A stretch of DNA of 64,000 bases, from the IMG/VR virus record IMGVR_UViG_3300025879_000013. The stretch is one strand, 5' to 3'. Under the pieces are notes generated by a model. It did no database searches. It had not been told where the DNA came from and saw only the letters and a program-made list of their open reading frames with translations. Below, in pieces: positions 11,717 through 22,200 of the stretch. The position numbers and the translations under genes were made by a program. The stretch's first letter is position 1; each line of letters opens with the position of its first letter. Source of the DNA: an uncultured virus (IMG/VR IMGVR_UViG_3300025879_000013). Its lineage: Duplodnaviria; Heunggongvirae; Uroviricota; Caudoviricetes.

Positions 11717-14677
11717 TTAACTACAATTAATTTGAATGTTTACACCAACATTCACTGTTAGAGTTTTATCAGTAAATTCATCATAACAGGTAGTATTACT
11801 AACCGTTAAAACGTTATTTTCATCTATAAAATAATTCAAACCTTCTTGATATAAATACTCAAGGTGTGTATTCAGTGCAAATATCCAATCACTTTCATTT
11901 GGATAATCTTGATTACCATAACCTGTGTAAAATTTTTCTTGAACCAATACCGTATTGTCAAGTCTAACATCAACATACCATTCACTAACTAATGTGCTCA
12001 ACACACATTTATTTGTAGTGTATCCTGATTTAATAACACAACTGTTTATACTATTGGTTAGAATATTTGGTATTGAGTTAATTCCAATATCACATGTTAA
12101 TGTTTGGTCTATACAGTCATAAGAATATAATTGTCCATTATATTGACAAGGAATACACTCAACAGGTAGTAATTCACAACCTCTTTGTCTTCTCCATACG
12201 TGTTTTTGTCTTTGTAAAACATTATTATCCATTTTTTGACCACCAATCCAAATTGTTGAGGCCGGAACCATTTGTTCAACTAACTTAGTCCAATAATCAC
12301 CAATACCTAAAGTGAAATCAATCATCTTTTGATAGGTAAACTTGTTTGAAGGTATGTTTACTGTTTGTTCTGACTGTAAATACTTCCAATAAATTGATTG
12401 TAGTGTCGGATAACCATTATTCGCACCATCACTTATTGTTTGACGGTTTCTAACATTAATTAATGTATTATAGAACGTCTGAGCAAATTCAAAAAATGTT
12501 TTTTCTTTTGGTCTTGGGTTAATAATGGTCCAATCCTTACCATAAGGTGATGGATAAGGTGCCGTTAAACCCGATGAAGGAAACGGATAGTCGTATTTTC
12601 TCGACATCTTCCAAATGTCATAGATAATACCCTGACCCATGTTAAGATATAACTCAACGTTTTTGGCGTTTAATACAAGTTTTTCATCAAATGCTTCGTA
12701 ATACGCGTTATACGCACCATCTCTATTTCTTCTAAGACCGGTTTCATTTTTATCCCACGATTTGTTATTATCTACAGTTTTAGTTAAACTAAAACCAAGA
12801 TTCATATATGGGAATTGTCTAAATCTATTAAAGTATTTTTGTCCGTAAGTGTAAGTTTCTAACGTTGTTTGAACATCAGGATTTGCACCCGTAAACGTTG
12901 AATTGGTAACATCTAATTGCTCAGGCGCCCTGTGGTCAGGAGTCTGTATATACCAACCTGAACCCTTCTCAAAGAAAAAATCATTATTTATTAATGGTTT
13001 TTTAGGGTAACCCTCGTCATCCATAGGATAATCACCTCTAACAGTATCAACAGGTGTTAATGTTGTTGTAGTTGTGAAACCAGTATATGTAGTTCCAAGA
13101 ATATTATAGGTAACTGAAGGGTCTAAATCTGGGATTTCGTCTACTTTTGTTCCTCCCGATATACTTAAAAATTCACCGTTAAACCTATCAATATTAATTG
13201 GTCCATCAGCAACATAAACAATTTCATTAAATTCAATTAACGCTTTAGGCGCACCAACCATTCTCAATAAAAATTCTATAGATTTTCTAGTACCCTTGCT
13301 TTTGAAAAGGTATGCAGAATTTAATATCAAATTTCTATAGAATTGATAATTTAACTGATTAGGTGTTGGGTCATTTTGAAAACCAGGATATATTGATTTG
13401 TTTTTAGTTCCAAAAATTGAGGTTAAAAAGTCATCATTTGTTATAGGTGAAATATTAGTATTCCACCCTAAAGTCTGCGCCAAGTTTTTAAGTAACGCTG
13501 ACGGTATATCATTTTGCGGTGTATAATGAACTGAATTCATAAATGATAATGCATCTATGAATTTTTTTGTTTCATCAAAACTACGACCATAAATTTGTAA
13601 AACCTTTTGAACTTTTTGGTCCCCCGTATCGAAATCTTTAAATGCACCTGTTGTTAAGAAACGAACAATTAAATCCGTCTTATTACGGTCCATTTCTTCA
13701 GCAATTTGATTTAACTGAGTTAGGTATTTTTCAAAGTTTGCTGTTACGATATCTAAATTCCATAAACCCTGTTTTGGCCATGTTACTGATTTTTTTCTTT
13801 TAACAAAACCACCATTATCCGTTTCTTGAATAACATCAAAAACCGCAGTATAAGGTGGATTTATAAACCTATTTAATAAAAAGTCTTCAACCTCATCAAA
13901 CGGTTCTTTAAAGGCAACTTCAGTATGGTATTTATTTGGTCTTAATACCAAAACATCAACCGAACTACTTGCACCTGAGAAAGGATTACCCTCAACAGTT
14001 ACCGTTACAGTTCCTGCAGATAACGATGTAGATGGAATGAAATCAGTTACCTGATATTCTGTTTCCATATCATTAATATACAATGCATATTTTGAATATT
14101 GTTCAGTTAAATTCCTTAACGGACTAATACTCATAGGTCTAACCGAAATATTACGTGTAGCGTTTACAGAATAATCAATATCGAAAGGATTAATGAAACG
14201 AGTAACATCCATATCGAAGGTTGTTTCGTTTTCAATTTGGTCGTAAGTAATGTTTGATGCAGTATTCGCAGTAGAGTAATCTAACCTCATTAATCTTTCA
14301 ACCTGAATAGATGCGGGAAAGAAATTAATAATTTTTGTTACAGATGTAGATAACCTTTTTTGTAATGAACCGTAAATTGCATAATTAGTAACCTGACTAA
14401 TATCATAATTAGGATAAACCTTAAATGTTTTACTTGCAATTATTTTTGATTGTTCAATACTTTCAATGTTAATATCAACCAAAGAAATAGGATTTGAAAA
14501 AACACCAGTATTAAAAGTTCTGTTAACTTTTTCTAATATTGAATTAGTGAACTGAAAGTTTCCTTGAGTTATCCCCCCACTATCAAGCACCTGAAATCCG
14601 ACCAAGTCGGGTGAAAAGGACTCACCACCACTTGGTGGTGCAGGTGGATAAAAATATTTCTTTTGATTATTCGCCAT
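11717..14677 (-). CDS. Baseplate wedge protein, P2 gpI / T4 gp7-like (986 aa)
   Basis: [11 protein letters not shown]...[29 protein letters not shown] resembles the gpI/gp7 'KGT' core; lies in the baseplate cluster. Confidence 0.6.
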   Translation of the reverse strand: MANNQKKYFYPPAPPSGGESFSPDLVGFQVLDSGGITQGNFQFTNSILEKVNRTFNTGVFSNPISLVDINIESIEQSKIIASKTFKVYPNYDISQVTNYAIYGSLQKRLSTSVTKIINFFPASIQVERLMRLDYSTANTASNITYDQIENETTFDMDVTRFINPFDIDYSVNATRNISVRPMSISPLRNLTEQYSKYALYINDMETEYQVTDFIPSTSLSAGTVTVTVEGNPFSGASSSVDVLVLRPNKYHTEVAFKEPFDEVEDFLLNRFINPPYTAVFDVIQETDNGGFVKRKKSVTWPKQGLWNLDIVTANFEKYLTQLNQIAEEMDRNKTDLIVRFLTTGAFKDFDTGDQKVQKVLQIYGRSFDETKKFIDALSFMNSVHYTPQNDIPSALLKNLAQTLGWNTNISPITNDDFLTSIFGTKNKSIYPGFQNDPTPNQLNYQFYRNLILNSAYLFKSKGTRKSIEFLLRMVGAPKALIEFNEIVYVADGPINIDRFNGEFLSISGGTKVDEIPDLDPSVTYNILGTTYTGFTTTTTLTPVDTVRGDYPMDDEGYPKKPLINNDFFFEKGSGWYIQTPDHRAPEQLDVTNSTFTGANPDVQTTLETYTYGQKYFNRFRQFPYMNLGFSLTKTVDNNKSWDKNETGLRRNRDGAYNAYYEAFDEKLVLNAKNVELYLNMGQGIIYDIWKMSRKYDYPFPSSGLTAPYPSPYGKDWTIINPRPKEKTFFEFAQTFYNTLINVRNRQTISDGANNGYPTLQSIYWKYLQSEQTVNIPSNKFTYQKMIDFTLGIGDYWTKLVEQMVPASTIWIGGQKMDNNVLQRQKHVWRRQRGCELLPVECIPCQYNGQLYSYDCIDQTLTCDIGINSIPNILTNSINSCVIKSGYTTNKCVLSTLVSEWYVDVRLDNTVLVQEKFYTGYGNQDYPNESDWIFALNTHLEYLYQEGLNYFIDENNVLTVSNTTCYDEFTDKTLTVNVGVNIQINCS

Positions 14678-14680
14678 TTA

Positions 14681-15589
14681 TTAACTGATTATGTTATTGA
14701 AGTTCTTACTAAAATCAATGTTATCATCTCGGTCTTGACGAACCTCATAAAGTAGATTATTAAATTCATCACGAATCTCAAATAAGTTGTATTGTTTATA
14801 AATGTTAAGATTACGGTCATATAATGTGTATATACCGTCTTCCATACTCTTAGTTTGATTTCCGTAAAGTGCAATAGCAAGAGTATCAATATCATGTTCC
14901 GCCAATTCAATATCCACTGAAATGGGATTAAAGAATGTATTGGTCATAACAATATTTTGATTTGGTTGACCAATAAAAGGTGTCGCACTAGCCTTGTTTG
15001 ATGGTGCACTCGAAGGTGAAACCGTGCAGAAAATCAAATCACTACCACCATCAACATAACGATATCTTATCGCTTTTTGTGAACTGTTTGTTAAATTAGT
15101 AACAACAGGTTCACAGAAGAAAGAAGAAGTAATAACTCTATAAAAATTAGGGATTTTAGTCCCATTATCATTTAGATATTCAATTCTATACCCAACAAGA
15201 CCCTGATTGGTGAATCTATTTCTAAATTGTTCAGGAACACCATTTAAATCTATGATAATACCTTTTACGTTAGGTAGTGCAGATAAAACACCACAATCAG
15301 TAATTGTAGTTCTTATCTCTACAGGTCTAATGTAAAGTGTATATATACCTATTTTATTGAACTCTTCGGCTGGTAATTTTAAATTGTATAAACCACCCAA
15401 AATTTCAACATCAGCGTTACCTCCTGTGTTTGCGTTGTGAAAATAAGGTGTCAATACATCAGCGGCGTTCAGTTTTGTTAAAACAAAATTTGTTGTCACG
15501 TCTCTTGATGGTGTGTAATTTAAAATTATCTCAACATCTTCAGGTGACATGTCTGCGGGTCTTACTGTTCCGTATGTTCCTAATGCCAT
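14681..15589 (-). CDS. Hypothetical baseplate-cluster protein (302 aa)
   Basis: Long ORF tightly packed in the structural operon. Confidence 0.6.
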   Translation of the reverse strand: MALGTYGTVRPADMSPEDVEIILNYTPSRDVTTNFVLTKLNAADVLTPYFHNANTGGNADVEILGGLYNLKLPAEEFNKIGIYTLYIRPVEIRTTITDCGVLSALPNVKGIIIDLNGVPEQFRNRFTNQGLVGYRIEYLNDNGTKIPNFYRVITSSFFCEPVVTNLTNSSQKAIRYRYVDGGSDLIFCTVSPSSAPSNKASATPFIGQPNQNIVMTNTFFNPISVDIELAEHDIDTLAIALYGNQTKSMEDGIYTLYDRNLNIYKQYNLFEIRDEFNNLLYEVRQDRDDNIDFSKNFNNIIS

Positions 15590-15593
15590 TTCT

Positions 15594-16676
15594 TTATTCT
15601 TTCTGTTTATTTATTTTGAAGTAACCATAACCATAAGATTCCAAGTCACCCATATTGTCTACCTCACCTAATCTCTGCAAAGACTCAAACCCAGATAGTT
15701 TACCTCTTTCAATAAATATTTCCGATTGTATTTCTGGTGAGTCAACTACATTAATTAATACTTCTTGTTTTGTAATCGCAGATGCAACCAAGTCATTAGT
15801 TGTTAATCCTGAAGAATTAATAACATATAATGTGGTTCCATTAGGGTAATCATAATAATCAACATTATTGATTGTATATGATGTGTAGGCTGTAGTTATT
15901 TGGTTTACCTTACCATAAGGTTGACCTTCTCTTTGAACGGTAACAGTAACATCATATGGTGTGGTTCCATATAATTTTAAATCCGTTAATCTTGAGCTTG
16001 TAAAACCACTAATAACAAATGGTGTAGATGTAAAGTTGTTAGATGTTTGACTCGCAACCGTATTTGAACTATCTCCAGTAAACAAATATTGATAACTAAC
16101 AGGTATACCTGACCAATTACCTCCCTGAGCGATAAATGTTATGTCACCATTTGGATTATTCACGGTCGCACCTGTTGTTGGTAGGTAAACTTCTTTTTCC
16201 ACTATAGTTTGACCCCATGGATTATTCTGTGTCATCGTAACAGTATAACCTGTGGTTACACTTGGATAAGTGTGTGTTAAAGGTTGTGGTGTTGTCGGTG
16301 TTAGTGTCTGACTATTACCATCACCCCAATCAATAATATAATTTGATAGTTTTAAAAAGTTTTTAATCTCATCTGACGTGTTAAATAATTGTAACGTATA
16401 TTGATTGGTGGAGTCACTACTAATTAAGAAGTTAGTAACCACATCTTTTTGTAAAATAAACCCATCAAATGGTGTGTAAAAACCTAAATTATCGTATGTT
16501 TGTCTAAACACTAACGGTATGGTAAGTCCTGTTAGTAAACTACTACCATTAGTTCCACCACTAAGAATATTTGTCATACCTGTGTATAAACCAAAAGTAT
16601 CACCACTAAAATACTCAGTGATAACATCTCCTTTGATAGATTCAGGTGATATTTTTATATAATATTTCTCTTCCAT
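15594..16676 (-). CDS. Structural protein with PKD-like domain (360 aa)
   Basis: YIIDWGDG...LTHTY...YTVTMT is a PKD-type signature. Confidence 0.6.
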   Translation of the reverse strand: MEEKYYIKISPESIKGDVITEYFSGDTFGLYTGMTNILSGGTNGSSLLTGLTIPLVFRQTYDNLGFYTPFDGFILQKDVVTNFLISSDSTNQYTLQLFNTSDEIKNFLKLSNYIIDWGDGNSQTLTPTTPQPLTHTYPSVTTGYTVTMTQNNPWGQTIVEKEVYLPTTGATVNNPNGDITFIAQGGNWSGIPVSYQYLFTGDSSNTVASQTSNNFTSTPFVISGFTSSRLTDLKLYGTTPYDVTVTVQREGQPYGKVNQITTAYTSYTINNVDYYDYPNGTTLYVINSSGLTTNDLVASAITKQEVLINVVDSPEIQSEIFIERGKLSGFESLQRLGEVDNMGDLESYGYGYFKINKQKE

Positions 16677-17545
16677 TATTGTGGATTTACGTATTCATAC
16701 CAATTTATATAACTTAGTGACGTTCCAACTCTATTTTGTCCACCCCACATTTGGTATATCTCATATTCATAATTAGTGTTATCTAGCACAACTTTGTAAT
16801 AAAAGTAGTCTTGTTTTTTAAAATTAAATTTATCACTTAACCCTGACTGCGGCCTATTCATCATTCTAATAAACTGACCTTCTTTCGCATTGAAGAATTT
16901 TGCAGACATATAAAACTCAGTATTTGGTATATATTCTCTACTTTTCAACCAATAAATAAAATACCCTTCTTTATCACCAACATAATCCAAATCAAATATT
17001 GGTCTTCGAAGTTCAACAACCTTAGGAACTGATTGCGTTCCAATATCGGTAGTTTCAAACCTACCTTGTTGGGTTGGTATGATTATCGTAAAATATATTT
17101 GTTGATTTTCAGGTTCTACACTATCATAAAAATCTAATTTAAAGAAACTTCTTTTGAATGAATTGGCATAATAATACAATTCTTTATCCGTAAATGTAAT
17201 ACCACTAAAATTAGCAGAGACTGAAGGACTAACAAAGTTGTAATCTGCAACCCATAGGTTACTTTCACTAACCAACACGTTACTTACACTTTTACTTCTA
17301 TCAAAAAAACTAAAACTATATGTTGTGGTAGTTTTTGGTGAGTTATTTTTACCATACCATACCTTATGTGAATAACGCGTGGTTTCAAAATCCTCAATAG
17401 GATTTATTACCTGTTCTAATACATCATCTTCATAACCCTGCAAAAGGTCTTCCCTCCCCACATTTTCAAATTTTACCTGAAATGGGAGATTGAACTGAGT
17501 ATCATTATCATTTACTGTAAATCTAAACTTATTCACAATTATCAA
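16676..17545 (-). CDS. Hypothetical structural protein (about 289 aa; start uncertain)
   Basis: ORF overlaps both neighbours in the operon. Confidence 0.6.
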   Translation of the reverse strand: MIIVNKFRFTVNDNDTQFNLPFQVKFENVGREDLLQGYEDDVLEQVINPIEDFETTRYSHKVWYGKNNSPKTTTTYSFSFFDRSKSVSNVLVSESNLWVADYNFVSPSVSANFSGITFTDKELYYYANSFKRSFFKLDFYDSVEPENQQIYFTIIIPTQQGRFETTDIGTQSVPKVVELRRPIFDLDYVGDKEGYFIYWLKSREYIPNTEFYMSAKFFNAKEGQFIRMMNRPQSGLSDKFNFKKQDYFYYKVVLDNTNYEYEIYQMWGGQNRVGTSLSYINWYEYVNPQ

Positions 17546-19253
17546 TTAATGGTGAGAATATTATGTCGTTAAAGACGTTATTATCTTTTTGTAATGGCGT
17601 TTGTAAGAATATTATTTGTTTAAATGGATAATGTTTTCCGTTCAAAAATGGGTTATTAACACCATTTCCATCAGTATCTATAAATCCGTATGGGTAGATA
17701 TCTCTCCATCGCCACAAACCTTCATATTTAGAGTAGAAAGAATAATCAGGTATATTGTCAACCTTTTCTTCATCACCTGTTTCAATATAATCGGAATAAA
17801 CTTTTAACGGAACACTGTAATGTGGTTGATATGAATAACCGAAAGGTAGGTTTTGACTACCATTATCATCAAAATAGTTATTATTAAACGAAAATTTGTG
17901 TGACATTTTAGATAAAACCGTTTCTTTTTGGTCATATTTATTCCACTCACAAATATCACCCTTTAGTTGATGTCCTATCATTAAATCATCATTATAGTAA
18001 AATGTTTTACCGTTTAATTGATATGTGTCATATGGGATGTCATCCTTATTATCTTGATTACTTTTTTTCCACCAATCATCAACATCATTTTTTCTAAAAT
18101 TAAAATCCCAACCTATTTCAATTCCTGATTGATTATTTGTAAAATTATTTGGATTAAAAGGATTGTTAAACCAACCCATATATCCTTTATTAATTATAGT
18201 TATAAAAAGTTCAGTTATTGGTCGACCTAAATTATTTGTTAAACCTATAATATCAACATCTTTATCTATTGAAAAACCATAATCATCTCGTCCATCTTTT
18301 ACTGAAATTCTTTGGATTTGATTAGGTGTTGCGGCCGAATATTCTAATTGTCTTTTAATTGGAAAATTACTTCTCTCAAAACCCATTCTAGTTAAGTCGA
18401 CATTATCAACCGTAGTTAATGTCTTATGTTTTCTGACATAATATTCAGAAGTGGTTTCACCTGAATTATTAGGATTAATAACTCTTTTTAAATTACCTAT
18501 TGAACCATTATTAAATGTCGCACCAGTAAACCCATAATCATAAACATTTAAAACTTTATAATCATTACCATATGCTTGGTCCCCTAAACTATATACCTCA
18601 AATAAATTTCTACCGTTTACCGCTGTAGGTATATAAATGTATTCACCAACATTAATATTGTGTTTGTAACCACAATAAAACGTTATCATTCTTTTACCAT
18701 TGACTACCCTATTTTTTATCACATAAGGTATACCGTCTGAAACCACAAAATTATTGGTATTCTCAAATACATCATCAGTATATGACATATTTTGATTATA
18801 ATCATTATCGTTAGGATATGTGACGTATAAAGACCAGTTATATGTTGAAGCACTTTTTGGTTTAAATTCAACATGACCTGATATTGATTTTGTTCTGAAG
18901 AATGAAAATTCATCGTATTGTGGATATCCTTTCCACACATTTGTTGTTACTGAATTTTCAACATCCAAATAATATAAACTATTTTTAAATGGGTCATAAT
19001 TAGAACACTTGCCCGACACTGAATTGTTGAATATATTTACGATTTTACCCGATAACCTAAACTTTGTCGATATTTGTCTTTCGTGATTAAATCTCTCTTC
19101 TAAATTTAAAAGGACATTTCGGTCTCCTTCTATTTTTTGTTTTTTAGTAGAGTTTAAAGGAACTTGAATAAATAAATCAGTATCAGGCGCACCTGCATAC
19201 CTGTCAGAACCTCTAACAATTCGTATCGTATCATTATTTTTTTGATTTGACAT
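17529..19253 (-). CDS. Hypothetical structural protein (574 aa)
   Basis: Long ORF in the baseplate operon. Confidence 0.6.
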   Translation of the reverse strand: MSNQKNNDTIRIVRGSDRYAGAPDTDLFIQVPLNSTKKQKIEGDRNVLLNLEERFNHERQISTKFRLSGKIVNIFNNSVSGKCSNYDPFKNSLYYLDVENSVTTNVWKGYPQYDEFSFFRTKSISGHVEFKPKSASTYNWSLYVTYPNDNDYNQNMSYTDDVFENTNNFVVSDGIPYVIKNRVVNGKRMITFYCGYKHNINVGEYIYIPTAVNGRNLFEVYSLGDQAYGNDYKVLNVYDYGFTGATFNNGSIGNLKRVINPNNSGETTSEYYVRKHKTLTTVDNVDLTRMGFERSNFPIKRQLEYSAATPNQIQRISVKDGRDDYGFSIDKDVDIIGLTNNLGRPITELFITIINKGYMGWFNNPFNPNNFTNNQSGIEIGWDFNFRKNDVDDWWKKSNQDNKDDIPYDTYQLNGKTFYYNDDLMIGHQLKGDICEWNKYDQKETVLSKMSHKFSFNNNYFDDNGSQNLPFGYSYQPHYSVPLKVYSDYIETGDEEKVDNIPDYSFYSKYEGLWRWRDIYPYGFIDTDGNGVNNPFLNGKHYPFKQIIFLQTPLQKDNNVFNDIIFSPLIDNCE

Positions 19254-19254
19254 A

Positions 19255-22200
19255 TTAATCTTGTATTATTACAAATTTCTTTATAAACCTATTTAATGCA
19301 CTTTTTCCTCGTTTTAATCCAAAATAAAAATAGAAAGGTGAACCTACTCTATAATAATCAGAATGAGCCGAATTAGTATTCGCTTTAGCGTCAAATTCAG
19401 GGTCTGTAGTAGACTCATTATATAAATAACCATATCCTTTATTAGTTGAAACACTATATGGATAATCGGTTAATAAACCATCAAAAGTTTCATCCTGATA
19501 TTTAGCAGTAATAAATTTGTCCGTTATCCATTTATTTTCCTCATCACCAAATAAGTTTGTTGTTCCATTTGTTTTCCAACCGTAGAAAGGAACCTCTTGT
19601 GAACTAACATAATTGAATTCACTAACCACACTACCAATAGTAATCTGACCTGGGCCCATTTCTCTTCTTAACTCTTCCTCACTATCAAACCATATACCTA
19701 TTATTTCACCAACGGTTATTGAATCAGCATAATTACCATCAATATACGGTATGACACCATATTCCGAATTAATACTTATTAATTGAGCATAATCACCGTC
19801 AACTCTCGAATCAAAAAATCTATTACCTAAACTTACACTATTATCGTATTGGCGTGAAAATAATTTTTGTATAGAAGCATCTCCAAGACCTAATATTTGT
19901 TGGATTAAATTACTATCAATTAATCTACTGATAATAAATAAATTTAATATTCCACTGATATCCTGATACGATGTGCTTTTTATAGTATCCACTAAAAAGC
20001 TCTCAAATTCAGGTGTAAGCATAATCTCTTTTAAAAATTCTGTTTTAGGACCTAAATCCATAATTGTTGTTGGTTGCCACATTTGACCAGCGTTATTACC
20101 AACAAAACTAGTGAATACACCATTGTCGGTTGATTGTGGTTTAAATTGACCGTTCCAATAAGGTGCGGACCTATAAAAGAATGAGTTTGAATCCGTATTA
20201 AAATACAAAGGTCCTCTATATTCTCTATTTGAAAAGAACATACCAAACGCACTTTGATTTGGGTCACCACAAAACTTATATCTCCTTACTTGGTTATTAC
20301 CATCAAAGAATGTTCTTTTTTGGAACGATGGCATATACAAAGTTCCGTTTACCCAATTATTTTGGAACAGGTGACCTATTATTCCTCTACAAACACCAAA
20401 CATAAATCTTATTCTAGTTCTCCACTCAAAGAAAAATTTCCAATCCGAAGGTATAGAAACAAGTAATGGGTCTTTAACAAAAACATAACACCCATTTACG
20501 ACCCTATCTTCAGGACTTCCACCAAATAAAGAACCGAGTAAACTACTACCATTACAAGGTTTTTGAACTCCAAAATTTTCACCCGAACCAGAATAACAAT
20601 CAAAGACAACCATTTTAGCACAAGTAAAGGAGTCTAATACACCATTTGAAGCAAGTCCTGATGGAGTTTCTAAATCTTGACTGTTTCCTGAACCATCAGT
20701 TGCACCAACACCAACAGTAGGATAAGTACCACTTACTGAACCATCATCACTAACTTTGTAAATTTCAAAATTATTGTTTAAGTGTAACGCAAAATCTTGC
20801 AAATTAGCATAAATTAAATCTATGGGTAAATCTCTACCTGTTGATACAGGTAATCTGTCTGACCTAAAGACTATTTTTGATGAATCAACCATATTAGTGT
20901 TAGGAGTTCCTGTCATAAGACGATACGATGGTGAAACTGTTAACATATTACTGGTCGGTGACACATTACCATTAGGCGGTACTAGTGAATACTGATAACT
21001 AGCACCGTCTACTCTACCTTGAGGTATTCCTGGACCTATTTGTAATCCATTAGCAACTGTTTGACCATCACTTTGTGGTCTTAATGATGAAGCAATGTTA
21101 TATCCTACTGATGAGTATAATGCAGGTGCTTTAGAAGTGAACGATGTGAATTGACTACTATCTGGTGTATATAAGAAAGATGTGTGGAATAATTTACTAT
21201 GCGTAGCATTATTATTCCTTGTATCAAATGTTGGACTATTGAATTCATAATGATATTCAGGAGTTGAATCACTTCCATTCCTAAAAGAGTTATGAACTTT
21301 TTGTATAGGTATATTTAAAGAGTATTCACCTTCAAATTGAAGGTTAGGGTTAATACCATAACTTGCCCCGAATAGTTCACTTAAATCGTATCTAATCTTT
21401 TGTTTTGGTGAATATGGGTCGACACCTCTAACCAAAAATGCCAATACCAAATCATCACTATCATCATACAACTCTATTGGTTTTTGTGGTGGTGATAAAA
21501 GCACACCATTACCACACCCTCTTCTGGTAACCATATTTATATGTTTATGTAATATTGACGAACTAGAATTACCGTGATTAGTTAAAAGTGTATTAGCCTC
21601 GGCAAGTGTTTTAGTGGTTATTACTTGGAAATACTCAACACCCGATTTAAAGTTATAAGAATATCCCGAAGCTAAACTAACTAAATCTAAGTTAACTGTT
21701 TGTTCATTACCATTAGGGTCTATATAACTAATTTGTTTAGTAACATAATTACTTGAATTATTAGTAAATGTTCCAGTAATACCCTGATTACCGTATTGAT
21801 TTGTTGCACCAGTTGCAGCACCCGTAAAACCTGTCACATTAGGGTCGTTAAGTTCATCTAAATTAGTAAATGTTAGAATTTGACCGTCATCGAATGATGA
21901 ACCACTATCTAACAATAATATGAGAGGCATGTCCTCAAATTCATTGGTTGTTGAATTTTGTGTTGTTGGACCATGCTCGTCATTAACTATTTGAGTTTTA
22001 ATTCTATTAGGTTTGTAGTTATCGAAATACCTACCTCTTTGATTCATTAGGTTTAATGATTGAGGCAATGATACATCGTAAGGGGCTATTAAGTTAAAAG
22101 GTTGTTGACCCGTCAATGGAATTGGATTTCTACCATTAACATTAAACGGTGTTTTATAAAACTTACCTGAAATATTAGTATTACTTCCACCATATTTCCA

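Noticed and set aside
16638..16658. Identical heptapeptide IKISPES near the N-termini of the 360-aa structural protein and the 49-aa RHH-like protein
   Set aside because: Flanks are unrelated and codons differ; most likely coincidence.
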